Of a stretch of 64,000 nt of DNA, positions 1 to 18,675 are shown piece by piece. Both the position numbers and the translations under genes were made by a program. The notes below the pieces were generated by a model. The model worked only from the letters and a program-made list of their open reading frames with translations, searched no databases and was not told where the DNA came from. Source of the stretch: the human T2T-CHM13v2.0 reference genome, Homo sapiens. Numbering within the stretch: position 1 is the first letter of the stretch; every line of letters begins with the position of its first letter. The stretch is from NCBI RefSeq assembly GCF_009914755.1, contig NC_060934.1; one strand, written 5' to 3'.

Positions 1-299
1 TACACAGACACAGGTGACAATGGCTAGACATTCAATGCTGATTATTTGTTACTAAAGGAGGCTGGATTTTAAAAGCTTTGGAAAAGGTTTGTTTGCACAT
101 TTCTACAAAAATGAGTATGTTTTACTCCTCTGATTTAAGAAAAAAGTAAAATGAAAATACATAAAATGAATAAAAAGTCAAGGTTCAATTTGCTTTGAAG
201 TGCATTTAAAAATGTGTTGGTTTGCAGGGGAGAGGAGGCTTGCAGGGTAGAAGAGGCTAGTGAGGCGGAGCTGAGATGAGAAAGGGGTAATAAAATGTC

Positions 300-680
300 T
301 GTGGTAGAATCTAGGGAGGCAGCCATTAAACTAAGGTGGCTCTAACGCCCTGATTTCCTACAAGAGCAAATTGAAATCTAACTCAGACTCATTTACTGTA
401 AGCAGCTAATTTAAAAGAAACCGAAGCTTAAGTCCAGCCAACCACTGATGGCCAACTGGACATCAGTTGCATGGTCTCGAACTTTCCACTAGGATGTCCC
501 AAATCATGCAAGGGCCGAAACGCTAAGCAACCAAAGCATCTGTAATATTTATTCCACTTCTGCCTTCACCCTGTGGAAGCCTCCCCTTGTGCTCCCTTGC
601 AGAGCCCCAAACTGCCTCTTGTGGGGAGCTACCAGATTCATGAATCGCTATCTGCTCGGATAAGTTCTTTAAAATGTGAA
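300..680. mobile_element. Probable old ERVL-class LTR fragment (family not determined)
   Basis: Starts TGTGGTAG and has LTR-like 3' text (CCAGATTCATGAATCGC...ATAAGTTCTTTAAAAT); resemblance from memory only. Confidence 0.35.
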
Positions 681-1249
681 CATGTCAAAGCATTTCTTTA
701 AATGATGGCATATAGATATTTGCTGTACCACTTGAACATTTCCATTATAAAACATCGAGGGGAAAACTAACATAAAACAATAGACAGACGAGGGCTTTGG
801 CCACTGAAAAGACAACATCTGTGATGCAATAGGCAAGACGCTCCTTCCTGTACTGCCCAGCTCCGCTTGCTCCCTGACCATCCCTGCAGCAGCCCTGATG
901 TGTCATTGTCCCCCTCTTAACCTGCGCTGCAGGTGCTGCAGGGCTGGGCTCTGGAGCCTGGGTCTGGTCATTTCTCCTTAGATATGTAGAGGCCCAGGAA
1001 AGGTTTGGAGCCTAAGAAGCCCTAGGACTCCAGGTCTCCAGGGCAGCCCCAGCCTCTTGGAATGACTTTCCCTAATACCACAGGGGTGTTCTAATCCCAG
1101 GCAGACCCAAGCTGCCCCTCACCAACTCCTACGTCCTCAACTTCCTTTCATAACTTCTAGGATGGAAACACCTAATCCTCCAGCAATACTGAGGCTTTTC
1201 TCCTTATTCTGTTTTCCCTTTTGAAGAAGCCAAGGCTCAGAGCAGTCGA

Positions 1250-1312
1250 GTCACCTAATCATGGTCTCATGTCGCCTGATCAAGGTCTCATGTCACCTTA
1301 TCAAGATCTCAC
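1250..1312. repeat. 3 x 21-bp tandem repeat (GTCACCTAATCATGGTCTCAT-like)
   Basis: Units at 1250, 1271 and 1292 read directly. Confidence 0.85.
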
Positions 1313-2129
1313 CCACTCACCTATTCAGTTCTCACCAGTTCAGTTCAGGATGGCTTCTAAGCTACCCTGCACAGCTCTGCCCACAGGACATTTGTATAAG
1401 TGAGGGGGTGCAGGGCCTTCCAGCCCCCTCCAACTCCAAAACTCAGCCCCCAAGATCAAGTGGACTCTCTGAACCCACCCTGGCCCTACAGTTGTCAGGG
1501 TCTGGATGGGAAGATGTAGAGCTCTCGGCTTTCACTCTGGGGACTTACCCAGAACATATTCTCCTCATGAGCTAAGGAGGCTGGCTGCCATCTTCCTACA
1601 TCCCCCCACGGCCTGGGGGCAAGGACACCCTGGCCCCCTGGAGTCTGGAGAACTCTGAGGACAGAACTTGCTCTTCCACCTGCTTGGGCCTTACCCACAG
1701 GAGAAGCACTGCTTCTCTACCCATGCCCCATCCAACTCAGGCACCCCAGGGACTTGCAACAGTCTGATTTTTTCTCACGTCCTTCTTAAGGCTCTGGGCT
1801 AGCCACACAAATCAAATCCCAGTGATAGGTCCAGACAATCCTATCCTGAAACTACATCTTAGTAAGACTCCAGGGAATCCTTTCCCCAAAGACAGTCTTA
1901 CTCCTGTTCTCCCCCAAGCCCTTTCTGGGCCAGAAGCTTTGCCTGGACTCAAGCAATGGCAGACAAGTGCCCTCTGAGGACACGGAAGTGCATGCTCAGA
2001 ACTGTGATTCTCCAAGTGGAGGCAGAGGAGAAGGCCCAGGCTTCCCAGCAGGGCTAAGGATATGCAAGGAGTGCATTCATCCGGAGGTGTTGGCAGCATC
2101 CCAGCCCCACCCCATTCTCATCGTAAATC

Positions 2130-2440
2130 AGGCTCACTTCCATTGGCTGCATACGGTGGAGTGATGTGACCATATGTCACTTGAGCATTACACAAATCCT
2201 AATGAGCTAAAAATATGTTTGTTTTAGCTAATTGACCTCTTTGGCCTTCATAAAGCAGTTGGTAAACATCCTCAGATAATGATTTCCAAAGAGCAGATTG
2301 TGGGTCTCAGCTGTGCAGAGAAAGCCCACGTCCCTGAGACCACCTTCTCCAGCTGCCTACTGAGGCACACAGGGGCGCCTGCCTGCTGCCCGCTCAGCCA
2401 AGGCGGTGTTGCTGGAGCCAGCTTGGGACAGCTCTCCCAA
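2130..2440. promoter_or_regulatory. Distal RBP3 enhancer region (about -1.5 to -1.2 kb)
   Basis: Homeodomain cores CTAATG and CTAATTG (2228-2234 = PCE-1/Ret-1 CAATTAG on the - strand) with an overlapping TGACCT half-site; distance fits the known conserved distal IRBP element; boundaries approximate. Confidence 0.55.
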
Positions 2441-3144
2441 CGCTCTGCCCTGGCCTTGCGACCACTCTCTGGGCCGTAGTTGTCTGTCTGTTAAGTGAGG
2501 AAAGTGCCCATCTCCAGAGGCATTCAGCGGCAAAGCAGGGCTTCCAGGTTCCGACCCCATAGCAGGACTTCTTGGATTTCTACAGCCAGTCAGTTGCAAG
2601 CAGCACCCATATTATTTCTATAAGAAGTGGCAGGAGCTGGGATCTGAAGAGTTCAGCAGTCTACCTTTCCCTGTTTCTTGTGCTTTATGCAGTCAGGAGG
2701 AATGATCTGGATTCCATGTGAAGCCTGGGACCACGGAGACCCAAGACTTCCTGCTTGATTCTCCCTGCGAACTGCAGGCTGTGGGCTGAGCCTTCAAGAA
2801 GCAGGAGTCCCCTCTAGCCATTAACTCTCAGAGCTAACCTCATTTGAATGGGAACACTAGTCCTGTGATGTCTGGAAGGTGGGCGCCTCTACACTCCACA
2901 CCCTACATGGTGGTCCAGACACATCATTCCCAGCATTAGAAAGCTGTAGGGGGACCCGTTCTGTTCCCTGGAGGCATTAAAGGGACATAGAAATAAATCT
3001 CAAGCTCTGAGGCTGATGCCAGCCTCAGACTCAGCCTCTGCACTGTATGGGCCAATTGTAGCCCCAAGGACTTCTTCTTGCTGCACCCCCTATCTGTCCA
3101 CACCTAAAACGATGGGCTTCTATTAGTTACAGAACTCTCTGGCC

Positions 3145-3198
3145 TGTTTTGTTTTGCTTTGCTTTGTTTTGTTTTGTTTTTTTGTTTTTTTGTTTTTT
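3145..3198. repeat. (TTTTG)n / T-rich simple repeat
   Basis: Read directly. Confidence 0.85.
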
Positions 3199-3589
3199 AG
3201 CTATGAAACAGAGGTAATATCTAATACAGATAACTTACCAGTAATGAGTGCTTCCTACTTACTGGGTACTGGGAAGAAGTGCTTTACACATATTTTCTCA
3301 TTTAATCTACACAATAAGTAATTAAGACATTTCCCTGAGGCCACGGGAGAGACAGTGGCAGAACAGTTCTCCAAGGAGGACTTGCAAGTTAATAACTGGA
3401 CTTTGCAAGGCTCTGGTGGAAACTGTCAGCTTGTAAAGGATGGAGCACAGTGTCTGGCATGTAGCAGGAACTAAAATAATGGCAGTGATTAATGTTATGA
3501 TATGCAGACACAACACAGCAAGATAAGATACAATGTACCTTCTGGGTCAAACCACCCTGGCCACTCCTCCCCGATACCCAGGGTTGATG

Positions 3590-6922
<3,333 letters not shown>

Positions 6923-7050
6923 TGACAATGGCTTTTAGATTTGTTCTCACGTTTAAGTTTTGACCGGTCAAGTCCTTTCCTCTTTCTCAACCTGTTCCAT
7001 CCACTCTCTGTGACCCTGGGGTTGCTGAACACCTCTGTAGAACATTCATA

Positions 7051-7140
7051 TTAGGTTGGTGCAAAAGTACTTTCAATGGCAAAACCCGCAATTACTTTTG
7101 CACCCACCTCACAGGAAGCCAGTTTGAAAGCCAACCAATA
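7051..7140. mobile_element. MADE1 (Hsmar1-derived MITE), left arm internally deleted
   Basis: TA|TTAGGTTGGTGCAAAAGTA...CTTTCAATGGCAAAACCCGCAATTACTTTTGCACC; right end disturbed by a 33-bp local duplication. Confidence 0.92.
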
Positions 7141-8044
7141 CTCACAGGAAGCCAGTTCGGAAGCTCCTGGGATAGAAGGCATTTCAGCCTTGGCTGGGTG
7201 GAAGGTGAGTGTTGGCAGGGCTTCTCATTGTCAGTGCTAGGGAAGAGGCCAACACCTGTCAGAGGTGGCCAATGGACTTCACCAAGTGCCCCACGCTGGC
7301 CGAGAGCTCCACCTAGGCAGCACTCACACCTCCACACTGTTCTACCTGTGGTCTGCTGCATCGTCACAATTGGGCAGGGCAGCATTTGCCATGGGATCCC
7401 TTGCAAGGAGGGTCTGAGACCAGGGCTTGGGTGCAGGCGCTTTGTCTGGGAGGCGGTTACTGAAGCAGGCATGAAGGAGGGAGCAGGGAGAGTGGGTTGG
7501 GAAGCTGACAGGCAGGTGCCTCAAAGCTGTTCTGCTGAAGCCAGGACCCTGACGAGTGCAGGGATGCTCCCAGGCATAGCCCTCTGCAGGCAGGGCCCAG
7601 TGGTTCCTGTCCCGCATTGGCCAAGAGTTGCCCTGAGACATGCCTCAGGGTGGGGCAGGCTCCCTCTTCTTGGAGAAGGCCTGAGCTACGGGTGGAAAGG
7701 CAGGGCTGTGCTATAGGAGAGCCTGTCAGTGGGGTCGGGTGCAGCTGAAAGCAGAGGGGGCTGAGAGTGCCAAAAGCATCTACTACAGAATTGTTATCCC
7801 CATTTTCCGCAACTGAGGCCCGGAGAGGAGCAGAGGGGAGTGGCCTGAGGCCAGAGAGCTGTGACTGAGGGCAGGGCAGGGCCTGGAGGGCAGTGTCTCT
7901 GTCAATGAAGTCTCCTTGCCTGTCAATCTCACCAAGACCTGCCTCCCTCCAGCAGCCTTAGAGAGGGAGGAGGAGGTGCATCCACGTGCGAGTAGCCTGT
8001 GCTAGGCTTGCAGAATCCCCAGTTTCCAAATCAACATCTCCTTC

Positions 8045-8270
8045 CTTTCCAGTATAGCCAAGGTTCACGATTTGGAGTCAGATGTGGATTCAGATTCTGG
8101 CTCCACCACTTACTGACTGTGTGACCTGAGACTAGTTACTTAATCTCTCTGTGCTTCAGTTTTTCCATGGAAAAGATGGGGATCGTGTTATCTCCTGTAC
8201 AGGTGGCTGTGAGGATGATGATAAGCTCTACAAAGTGCTTAGTACAGGGCCAGGTGCCTGGTAAAGGTAA
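8045..8270. mobile_element. MIR SINE
   Basis: Core ...GGCTCCACCACTTACTGACTGTGTGACC...CTCTCTGTGCTTCAGTTTTTCCATGGAAAAGATGGGGAT. Confidence 0.8.
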
Positions 8271-8603
8271 CTAACATCTTCCAATCCTGCCCCAGTGGAG
8301 CAGCTTAGAGACATAGGAAGTATCTGGTAAGGTTGGAGAGGTCAGAGGGGAGACCATTCCTGGGCCTTCTAGCTCAGGACACCAGGGCATGTGGGTGGCA
8401 GACAGGAGCATCCTCTGCAAGGAGGCTGCCCATAGATCACACATGTCCCAGTGGCATGTCACATCCAGACATGCCACTGGGAAAGTCCCTGGTGTCTACT
8501 AATTCCTTCAGAAATGTTAGTTCCTGTCCCATGCCCTTAATATTTCCCGTGGCGCCTGCTTTCCTGGGCTCTAAAACTGGCTGCTCCTCCTGACACTGAG
8601 TAG

Positions 8604-9240
<637 letters not shown>

Positions 9241-10672
9241 CAGCCAGGCCCCCCACCTGGGAGTGTGCCTCACATCATACAAAATCAACACATGACAACC
9301 CTGGTCATATGAATCGTACAGGCAGAATTTGGAAATCACACAGGGAAAATTTAGAAGTTAATCACTATTGTTAACAAAAGAATTCTTTGCATCACCAAAT
9401 GATTGTCAGAAGGATGTCTTCAGCTAGCCACCTCCCCTCTGTTTCTGTAAAAATGTGCCTCATATGTCATGAGTTTACCTCATGGACCAGGGGTAGGAGG
9501 TGGATGAGTACCCTCAGGCAGTGGCCAGACCTGGCATCCCATGACTCTGGGGTCCATTGGTGGACATGCCCCAGCACCCTCCCTGGGCAGGTTGCCTTCC
9601 TCAGACGGGACCCTTCCATGCTCCCGTGTTGTCTGAAAGAAGTGGCAGGGGGTGGCAGACCAGAAGCATTCACCCAGCTCCAGTTCTCTAGCCCTCAGCG
9701 CTCACTCACATGGTTCTTAGTGGTCACTAGGTGGCTCTCGGTCCTGCACCCACTGCTTCTCCTCCCTGGGAGATAAAACATTAGCCCTGGCTCCAGTTCT
9801 GTGTGTGTTCACAGCCTGAGCTTGAGGCTCCTGGGGTCTCTCTGATCATTTTATTCTTTAGAAGTTCTGTTGAGCACCCAAATGACACTCATGCTAAGTC
9901 TCTTTCTTCTGAATATGCCATTTACACTTTTTAAAGAGGAGATGGCCCCAGCCTGCAAGTGCACTTTGCTTAAAGACCCTCCCACCCCTGAGGTTTGTTT
10001 GGAGGTTCAGACACTGACATCACAGGCCCCGAACCCAGCCAGGCCATCCCAGGCCATCAGTTGGACGAGGCTCCTTAACACATCACTAGCCCCAGTGGGG
10101 AGACAGGGGCCCAACGAGGTCACACAGTGGGACAAATCTAAATGGCCTGGGAGAAATACAGGCTCCCCTGCTCCCAATGCAGCTCCACAAGCCTGAATAT
10201 TTCAATACACTAAGTGCCCTGTTAAGACACCTGAACTAAGACAGCTGGTAGGTGTCATAAGATTGTCACAGAATGCAACGGGAAAAACAATGTTTCCCAA
10301 AATGTGTTCCACTCATAGGAAGATATGGGTGCAGGGGAGCAGTCCATGGTCAATAAATGGGGGAAATTTATCAACAAGTTTCTGACTGCAGGACTTGTCA
10401 GGGCCTTTAATATATTAACATGTATTAATTACATAGCAGAAGGAAAGGATAACATATTTGATCACTAAGTTTCTTGTTCTAAAGAGACTAGTACTCTTGG
10501 AAATACTCTGGAAAATGCCAACCCATGGAATTCTAAAGGAGGAAGAGGCACTAGACTGAGGCTGCCAAGAATTAGAACCCTCCATGGGACAAAGATCCTG
10601 GCCTCCCCGAGGGGCACACAGGGCCTCACTGTGAGCTCAGCCCCTGAACAGGCTCTGCTTCCCATCCTTCAG

Positions 10673-10815
10673 GTTCAACATCGGTGGCCCCACATCCTCC
10701 ATTCCCATCTTGTGCTCCTACTTCTTTGATGAAGGCCCTCCAGTTCTGCTGGACAAGATCTACAGCCGGCCTGATGACTCTGTCAGTGAACTCTGGACAC
10801 ACGCCCAGGTTGTAG
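10673..10815 (+). CDS. RBP3: RBP3 exon 3 (143 nt; [18 protein letters not shown]...ELWTHAQVV)
   Basis: Acceptor CCTTCAG|G, donor GTAG|GTACG; phases 2 and 1 are consistent with neighbours. Confidence 0.98.
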
Positions 10816-11677
10816 GTACGTGGAGAAGCTTTCTCCTTTCTGCTGTCATTCTAGAAGCTTCTGGGAAACCAGGGAAAGACAGCTTGGGTGTAGGTAAAAG
10901 TCATAGTAACCAGAATGTAAGGCCCTGTCCTAGTCCAGGCACTAGATGTGCATGATCTCGAATCCCTGAAAAGCATGTATCACTATGCCCGTTTTCTAGA
11001 GGAAAAAAAAGGGGGTGTTGACTAGGTCAAATATCTTTTCTAGGGTCATGCAGCTAATAAGTGAAACCCAAAATGTGAATATTAGTTTGTCTAATACCAA
11101 AATTTCCCCCAGGCTTAGCACCATAATCACCAGCCTGCAGGACAAATGCAGAATTTGAAGGATTCTCCCCGCCCCTCACCAACCCCAGTGGGCATTGCCA
11201 GTGCTCACAGTACTTGAGCTCTCAAGCCACAGTGCCACAAACTTGCCTGGAAAGGTCATGATGCTGATCGGGCTTCTGTTCCCCGCCCTGGGCCCAGAGC
11301 AGTGGCTATAGGAGCAAAGGCAGGCCCTGAGCTTTACAGAACCATAACTCTCAAAGCCCCATTCCAGGGTGGATGGCCTCCATCTATCTTCCCTGCCCAG
11401 TGTGTAAGACCAAGGAACTTGTGCTCCTACCCAACAAGAAAGGACTGGAGAGACCGATGGGGGTGTGCCTGTGACCAGAGAAACACCCCACCATTTTCAT
11501 GTCCATGCTTCTGTAATACACAGGCATTTTGCTGTAGCTCCTAGGACATACGTTCAATAATATTACAAGTGTAAATGCAAATCAGAACCAGGTGAATTCT
11601 AAATTCAAATAGATGTTCAAGACTGGAAGTTAAAGATAGACTCAATTCTGCAGATAATGAGGCCCCAAAACCGCAAG

Positions 11678-12005
11678 GTCCAATATGGGAGCCACAAGCC
11701 ACCTGCGGCCACCAAGCATTTGAAATGTGGCTCTCCCAAGTTGAGATGTGCTGGAAGTGTGATGTGCTGGAAGTGTAATGTGCATACCAGATTTTGAAGA
11801 CATTATGAAAAGAAAACCTCATTAATAATTTTATTTGATTACATTTTGAAAAGAATGTATTTTGGATACATTGGCTTAAACAAAACATGATTAAAATTAA
11901 CACCATGGGTTTCTTTTTGCTTGCTTAACATGGCTACTAGGGAACCTAAAATGACATCTATGGCCAGCATTCTGGCTCACGTTGCATTCCTGTTGGACAG
12001 TGCTG
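11678..12005. mobile_element. MER33/MER3-like hAT-Charlie DNA transposon
   Basis: GTCCAATATGGGAGCCAC...TTTGAAATGTGGCT...; ends TTGGACAGTGCTG. Confidence 0.7.
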
Positions 12006-12379
12006 TCCTGGAGAGTTGTTCTTATACATCACAAATTGGGCTTTTCTGAGTCCAAAGTGAAAAGGAAGTCAGGTCGGTTTAGGTGTTCTCATTATTCATG
12101 AAGAGAGAGGATGCTCCTTTCTCAGGAGAGTCAAGCCTTTCCTATCACTTGGCATAAAAAGGCCTCGTTGGGAGTTGTCAAGCACTGAAATCCTCGTGAT
12201 TGGGCATGCATTCTTGTCCCCATTTTACGGATGCAGAAATCAAGGCTCAGAGAAGTCAAGTGGCTCACAAGTGGACACAAGGACACAGACCTAAACCCCC
12301 GGGCCTCCTCCATCACTGCAGGCCCAGGCAGGATAGAGAAGACAGGTGCTCCAGGGTCCTGACATGACCCCCATCCTGA

Positions 12380-12754
<375 letters not shown>

Positions 12755-12894
12755 GGAAGGGCCCCATAGGCAGAGCCCCAGGGCAGACAGAACCTCTGGG
12801 ACACACACCAAGGGCACTCCTGCAGGTGGCCCGGCCTGAGGTTCCCAGGAGCAGCAAAGGGGCCTGCTGAGCTCTGGTTAGGTTACAGCTGGAG

Positions 12895-12966
12895 GTGTGT
12901 ATATATACACACACACACATGTATATACACATATATATGTGTATGTATATATATGTATATATATAT
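12895..12966. repeat. Compound (TA)/(CA)/(TG) microsatellite in the RBP3 3'UTR
   Basis: Read directly. Confidence 0.9.
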
Positions 12967-13132
12967 GGCTTTCCAATAACCACCTAAATTTTAACAAAGG
13001 TTCCTTCTAAGTGGTAGAACTTGGGGTGGTATTTTTACCTTCCTTCTTCATACTTTGCTCTTTTTCTTAAATACTCATTAATGTGCATATATCATTATTT
13101 TCAGATGCAGCTATCATTATTCCAAAATACAA

Positions 13133-13152
13133 AATAAAGAAGATAAAATAAA
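13133..13152 (+). terminator. RBP3 polyadenylation signals (AATAAA at 13133 and 13147)
   Basis: Two canonical hexamers about 380 nt after the stop codon. Confidence 0.8.
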
Positions 13153-16100
13153 TTATATACCCGAGCCATTAACCACAATTTAGTGATCACTAGTGGTTGT
13201 TAAATCTCTTCTTTTCATGAGTTCTCCATTCACATTATTTAGATCTTCTGGATCTGCCCTGCTGACCTCTATGGACAGCTGATTTTATTTAAGATGTGGT
13301 GCAAGATGCTGTGGGGTCAGCAGGTGGCAAAGATCTTGTGGATCTTAAATAGGGAAAGGGCTGGTGCGGCCCTTCTGCTGGTGATGTACATACACTGGCT
13401 GTGTCTCTTCTGAGCCTCATGCCGGCTGCATAGCTGGCCACTCTCATCTTCTACCCAGGAGCCAGCTGAGACACAGACAAACTCCGCAGCTCACCCAAGG
13501 TCACACATCCAGCATGGTGGACCTGTGTCCTCCTTTGGGCCACCCAGCATTTGCAGCACCTTTGGATGATCAGAGAATCACTGCCCATAGGAATCAGTAG
13601 GAAACAGTGATGTCAGCCTTGCCTGGGTGGGAAACCAGCCCAGCCACTTCCCCAGCTGAGTGGTTCTGGGCAATTTGTTTCACTTCTTTGGGCCTCAGTT
13701 TGTTCACCTGTTCAATGGGAGAAATAATACTACACTTGGAGTTGTGAGAATGAAGTGAGTTAATCTAGTGTCCAGCCAATGTTAGCTGTCATAATTTCTC
13801 CACCACAAAGCTGAACACTCTGGAAGCCCCACTTTTCCAGCCCTTCTGGCAGTAGGGCATGGGCATGTGATCCTGCCTTGGTCAACCAGAAGCTCCTGTG
13901 CAAGATGTTTAATCTGGAGCAAGTGGCCAGGGAGCCTGGGCAGCGGCCATCTGCCAGAAGCCTAGTGTACAGGGACAGCACAGCCATGCCCTGTGCTTAG
14001 CAGGGACAGCAGCAGCACCCTCAACAGGTGCTTCCTCGACTTCCTGGTGTGACTTTGGCTGTGGTCCTAGTGGAGTGACCCATTGTCCCAACCCACTGCT
14101 CAGCCAGGTCCCCCAGCCTGCCCATCTAGGACTGGGCACCATCCGGGCTCCCTCCTGAAATCCCTGTCTGCTTCCATCCACCAAAGACTTCATTTTTCTG
14201 TAATGAACAGCACAGTCTGGTGCAGCTGGTTAAAGGGTAGGTGAGATCTGAACCCATAGCTGTACAGTTCCAAAGATCCTTCTGTTTCCACCACATCATG
14301 AAGACACCCTGGGCCTGATCTGGAAAGGGGGTTTGAGATAGAGAGGAGCGAGAGTCCTCTGCGTAGCAAAGAACAGGCTCAGCCTTCCTAAATGCAAGCT
14401 TTCTTGCATTGTTACCTGCTTGCAGGCACAAGACTGGAGAAAAAGGAAAAGGAAAACAAAATCCCATCAGGTCTCTTTTCTGGTGGGACAGCCAGATGGC
14501 CGATAGCTGCCTAGAAGTTCAGATGAGCCCTGGGCCCCTTCAACTCTCTATGCCCTGGTCTGAGCTCATGGCCTGCACCCTGCCCAACCCTACTTACCTC
14601 CAACTCACATCTTGCACACAGCCACACCTCCTTCCAGACACTCAGACTCCCTCAACTCTGTCCCCCCACTGCTCACCCAGTGTCCACCAATGATCAGGAC
14701 CCAAGATAAGTTAATACCTGAGTTAATGTCACTCTGCTCTGCACCCAGCCTGCCATCGTCTTTCCCTTCCTTGTCTTGGGGTCCCAGCTTTGTGCTTAAA
14801 TCCCTGACACAGCTTCCTGCCCCATCTCTGTGGCCTGACCTGCAGCTAGGGGTTCATCTTCACTGGAAGGGCATTGTTAGGTGATGCAGACACTTCTGGA
14901 AGGTCATATTTATCTGTCCCTCTTGCAGATGTGGTGAAGAGGTAAGTCACCCAGTACCAAGCAGGGGTTCATTTGACTGGCATCCAGGGGTGCTGGAGTG
15001 CCCCCAGGAGTCAGCTCAGCCCTGTTGTGACAGCATGTATAATAAATGGATTATAAAGGCCCTGGCAGGGACTCAAAGCTGGCTCTCTGGGGCAAGACAG
15101 GCCTAGAAGCTTCCCTATTGTTCACTATCAAAGCCCAGGCCACACTCTGGGCAGCCAAGCCAGAGTCATTGGGTAGAGAAAAGAACTCAGGGTATACTGG
15201 GCCCATCTCTCCCTGCCTTTCTTTCCCCTCCAGGGCAGATCCTGAGGATGCCAGGCCAGCCACAGGGCAAGTGGTGGAAACAGAGCTGTCTCAGACCTGG
15301 TCCCTGGCGCCAGAGAAGACTTGGGGGACTGGGTGTTAGCAGCAGGGGCAGGGCATGGGCACAGTCCACTCATGGGCATCTTTGCAGTCTGACCAGGAAC
15401 TGACAGCACAGAGCTGGGGGGCATGGTGAGGGTGGTGACTCTGAGTGCTGGGGGCTCATTTCCAGATGCTCTCAGTCAGCAACAAGCCATGCCTCTGCCA
15501 GGCTCTGTAAGGAGAGGAAGGAAAAGGTGATCTTCACCTCCAAGTTCTTGCTGGAGACGTGGTGACCCCCATCCAGGGAAGGAGGGGCCAGGGACTATTG
15601 CAGTGATATGCTTCATACATAGGGAATGCAAAAGGACCACATGGGGACCCTCGCGGGCCTCCTGCTTTCAGGCTGGGCTGAAGCAATGAGGAAGGAGCTT
15701 CCTCTTCCTGTGTCCCTGTGTCTGCCCCGCACAGGCCTACACAGGAGAGGGCCCTGACTGTGCACCAGAGGGCCCTGGTTACCCACACAGCTGTGATGCG
15801 GTGAAACGATGTGACTCAGAAAGAAAAGCAATGCAACCGGTTCACACTCCAGGCCAGGAAACCCACCTCCAAGGTCCCTGCCTGGGGGCACCCACCTCCC
15901 ATCTCCTGGTTCCTATGGGATTTAGCTGCCACCTGGCCTAGGTACCCTCTCTGCTTTGCTGACCAGGGCTGCCAGCACTAAAAATAGCCTCCTAATCCAA
16001 GCAGCTTAGAATAGCAATGGGATCAGACGATAGTGGCTTCCTCCGTCTTGCCCCAGGAAAACACGAGATGGCAAGATGAATGGAAAGAAAGCGTTAGAGA

Positions 16101-16160
16101 ACCCCTCCCATTCTCCCTGCAGGCACTGCCTCCCCAACCCCCTTTCAAAACCGGTTTCTG

Positions 16161-16497
<337 letters not shown>

Positions 16498-18041
16498 TCA
16501 CAACCCAACCCATGTTGGAGAATGGCTTATCTTTCAAATAAAAGGTTTATCCTATGAGGTTCTGATCTTGCTATGCCATCTGTAGACCTACCACATGACT
16601 TCTAAAAACACAACAAAATTAGGCAAATGACAAGGGTGTGTGATTCCCTCTCTGAAGGGAAGTGGCCTGCAGGAAGGCCTGCTGCCTCCAGATGGCGCCA
16701 TCACTTCCCAAGGGAATGAGGAGTGCAAGCCCGGCCTGGGGGCTACTCTGGCCGACTTTCACCCCTGATAAGGGCTCTCTCTCCGTGCTCACAGGAACAG
16801 GGTGGTACGGCTGAGGTTAGAAGCGCCAGGCCCAGCACCGGCCTGTTCCAAAGCTGGGAGCATAACAGAGTAAGGGGTCACCGGCTGGTGGCGACCCTGC
16901 ACCATCACCACCACTGACATGCTTCCATGAATCTATGTCACTTTGGCCATCAGTGTTTGCAAAACTATTGTGTCAGTTGACAACAAATTTCATATAAAGA
17001 CCTGAACTCTGGCCTTTCTCGAGGCCTGCATCCAGCCTGGCTGTGCAGTCTTCACCCAGGCATTGAGCTCCCCACCATTGCCACTTACAGGCAGCTCCAT
17101 CCACTCATTAGCCTACTTCAATAGACATTTGAGCTTAGGATCCCTGGCCTAGAGATGCAGGAATTGGCAAGAAGTTGAATTCTAGGAGCCCACCATTGTA
17201 GTGGTTTTACTCCTTTCCCAGGTAAAAACAGAAAGAAAACTTGACATTTGTTAAAATCGAGAACCAAAATGAATCTGAATTCAGAATGTCTTAGTTTAGC
17301 CTCATTAGCATATTTTGAGGACTTTTATAAATCTGAATTGAATGGCTGCCGCTGGGAGATAATTTATTAAGATAGAATTTGCCATGTTTCCAGCTACTGT
17401 GGATATTTTTCCTCCTCTGTTCCATAAGGTCAGCCAAGACTTTCTGCTCATCGACTCAGTGTCTTCGTGTCACATGCCTACCAACAGCTTTGCCAGAAAG
17501 CCACCAAGGCCCTAGATCCTAGGAGAGTGGAGAACAGAAGCAAAGCTGGCCAGAACAGCAAGGGGACACCCTGGGGCACTAAGCGACAGGGTACAATCTT
17601 GAGGTGGGGCATTGAGGAGCTTTTGTGAGCTTGAGAGACAGGTTAGGAATTCAATAGTGACAGGGTGAGTATCTTACCAGGCCCACAGGATGGGGTGCTG
17701 AGCGATTCAATTAGACATAGAGAATTTAAGGAATGTGGTAATTCTTGCCCAGGATTGTAAAATTAATACCTGCTGATGTGATACATTGTGGCAACATCTC
17801 ATGCCAACTCTTAACTGGCATATAGAAGGTGACTGCCTAGTCCATCTGGGCTGCTATAACAAAATACCATAAACCGGATGACTTATTAACAACAGAAATT
17901 TATCGCTGACAGTTCTAGAGGCTCGGAAGTTCCAGATCAAGGTGCCAGCAGCTTTGGTGTTTGGTGCCATCTTCCTAGTTGGGAGATGGCAACTTTCAGC
18001 TGCATTCTCACATGGTGGAAGCAGGGAACTAGGTCTCTGCG

Positions 18042-18675
<634 letters not shown>

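Noticed and set aside
7051-7111. MADE1 as a miR-548-type hairpin
   Set aside because: The 19-bp deletion in the left arm breaks the long stem needed for a pre-miRNA
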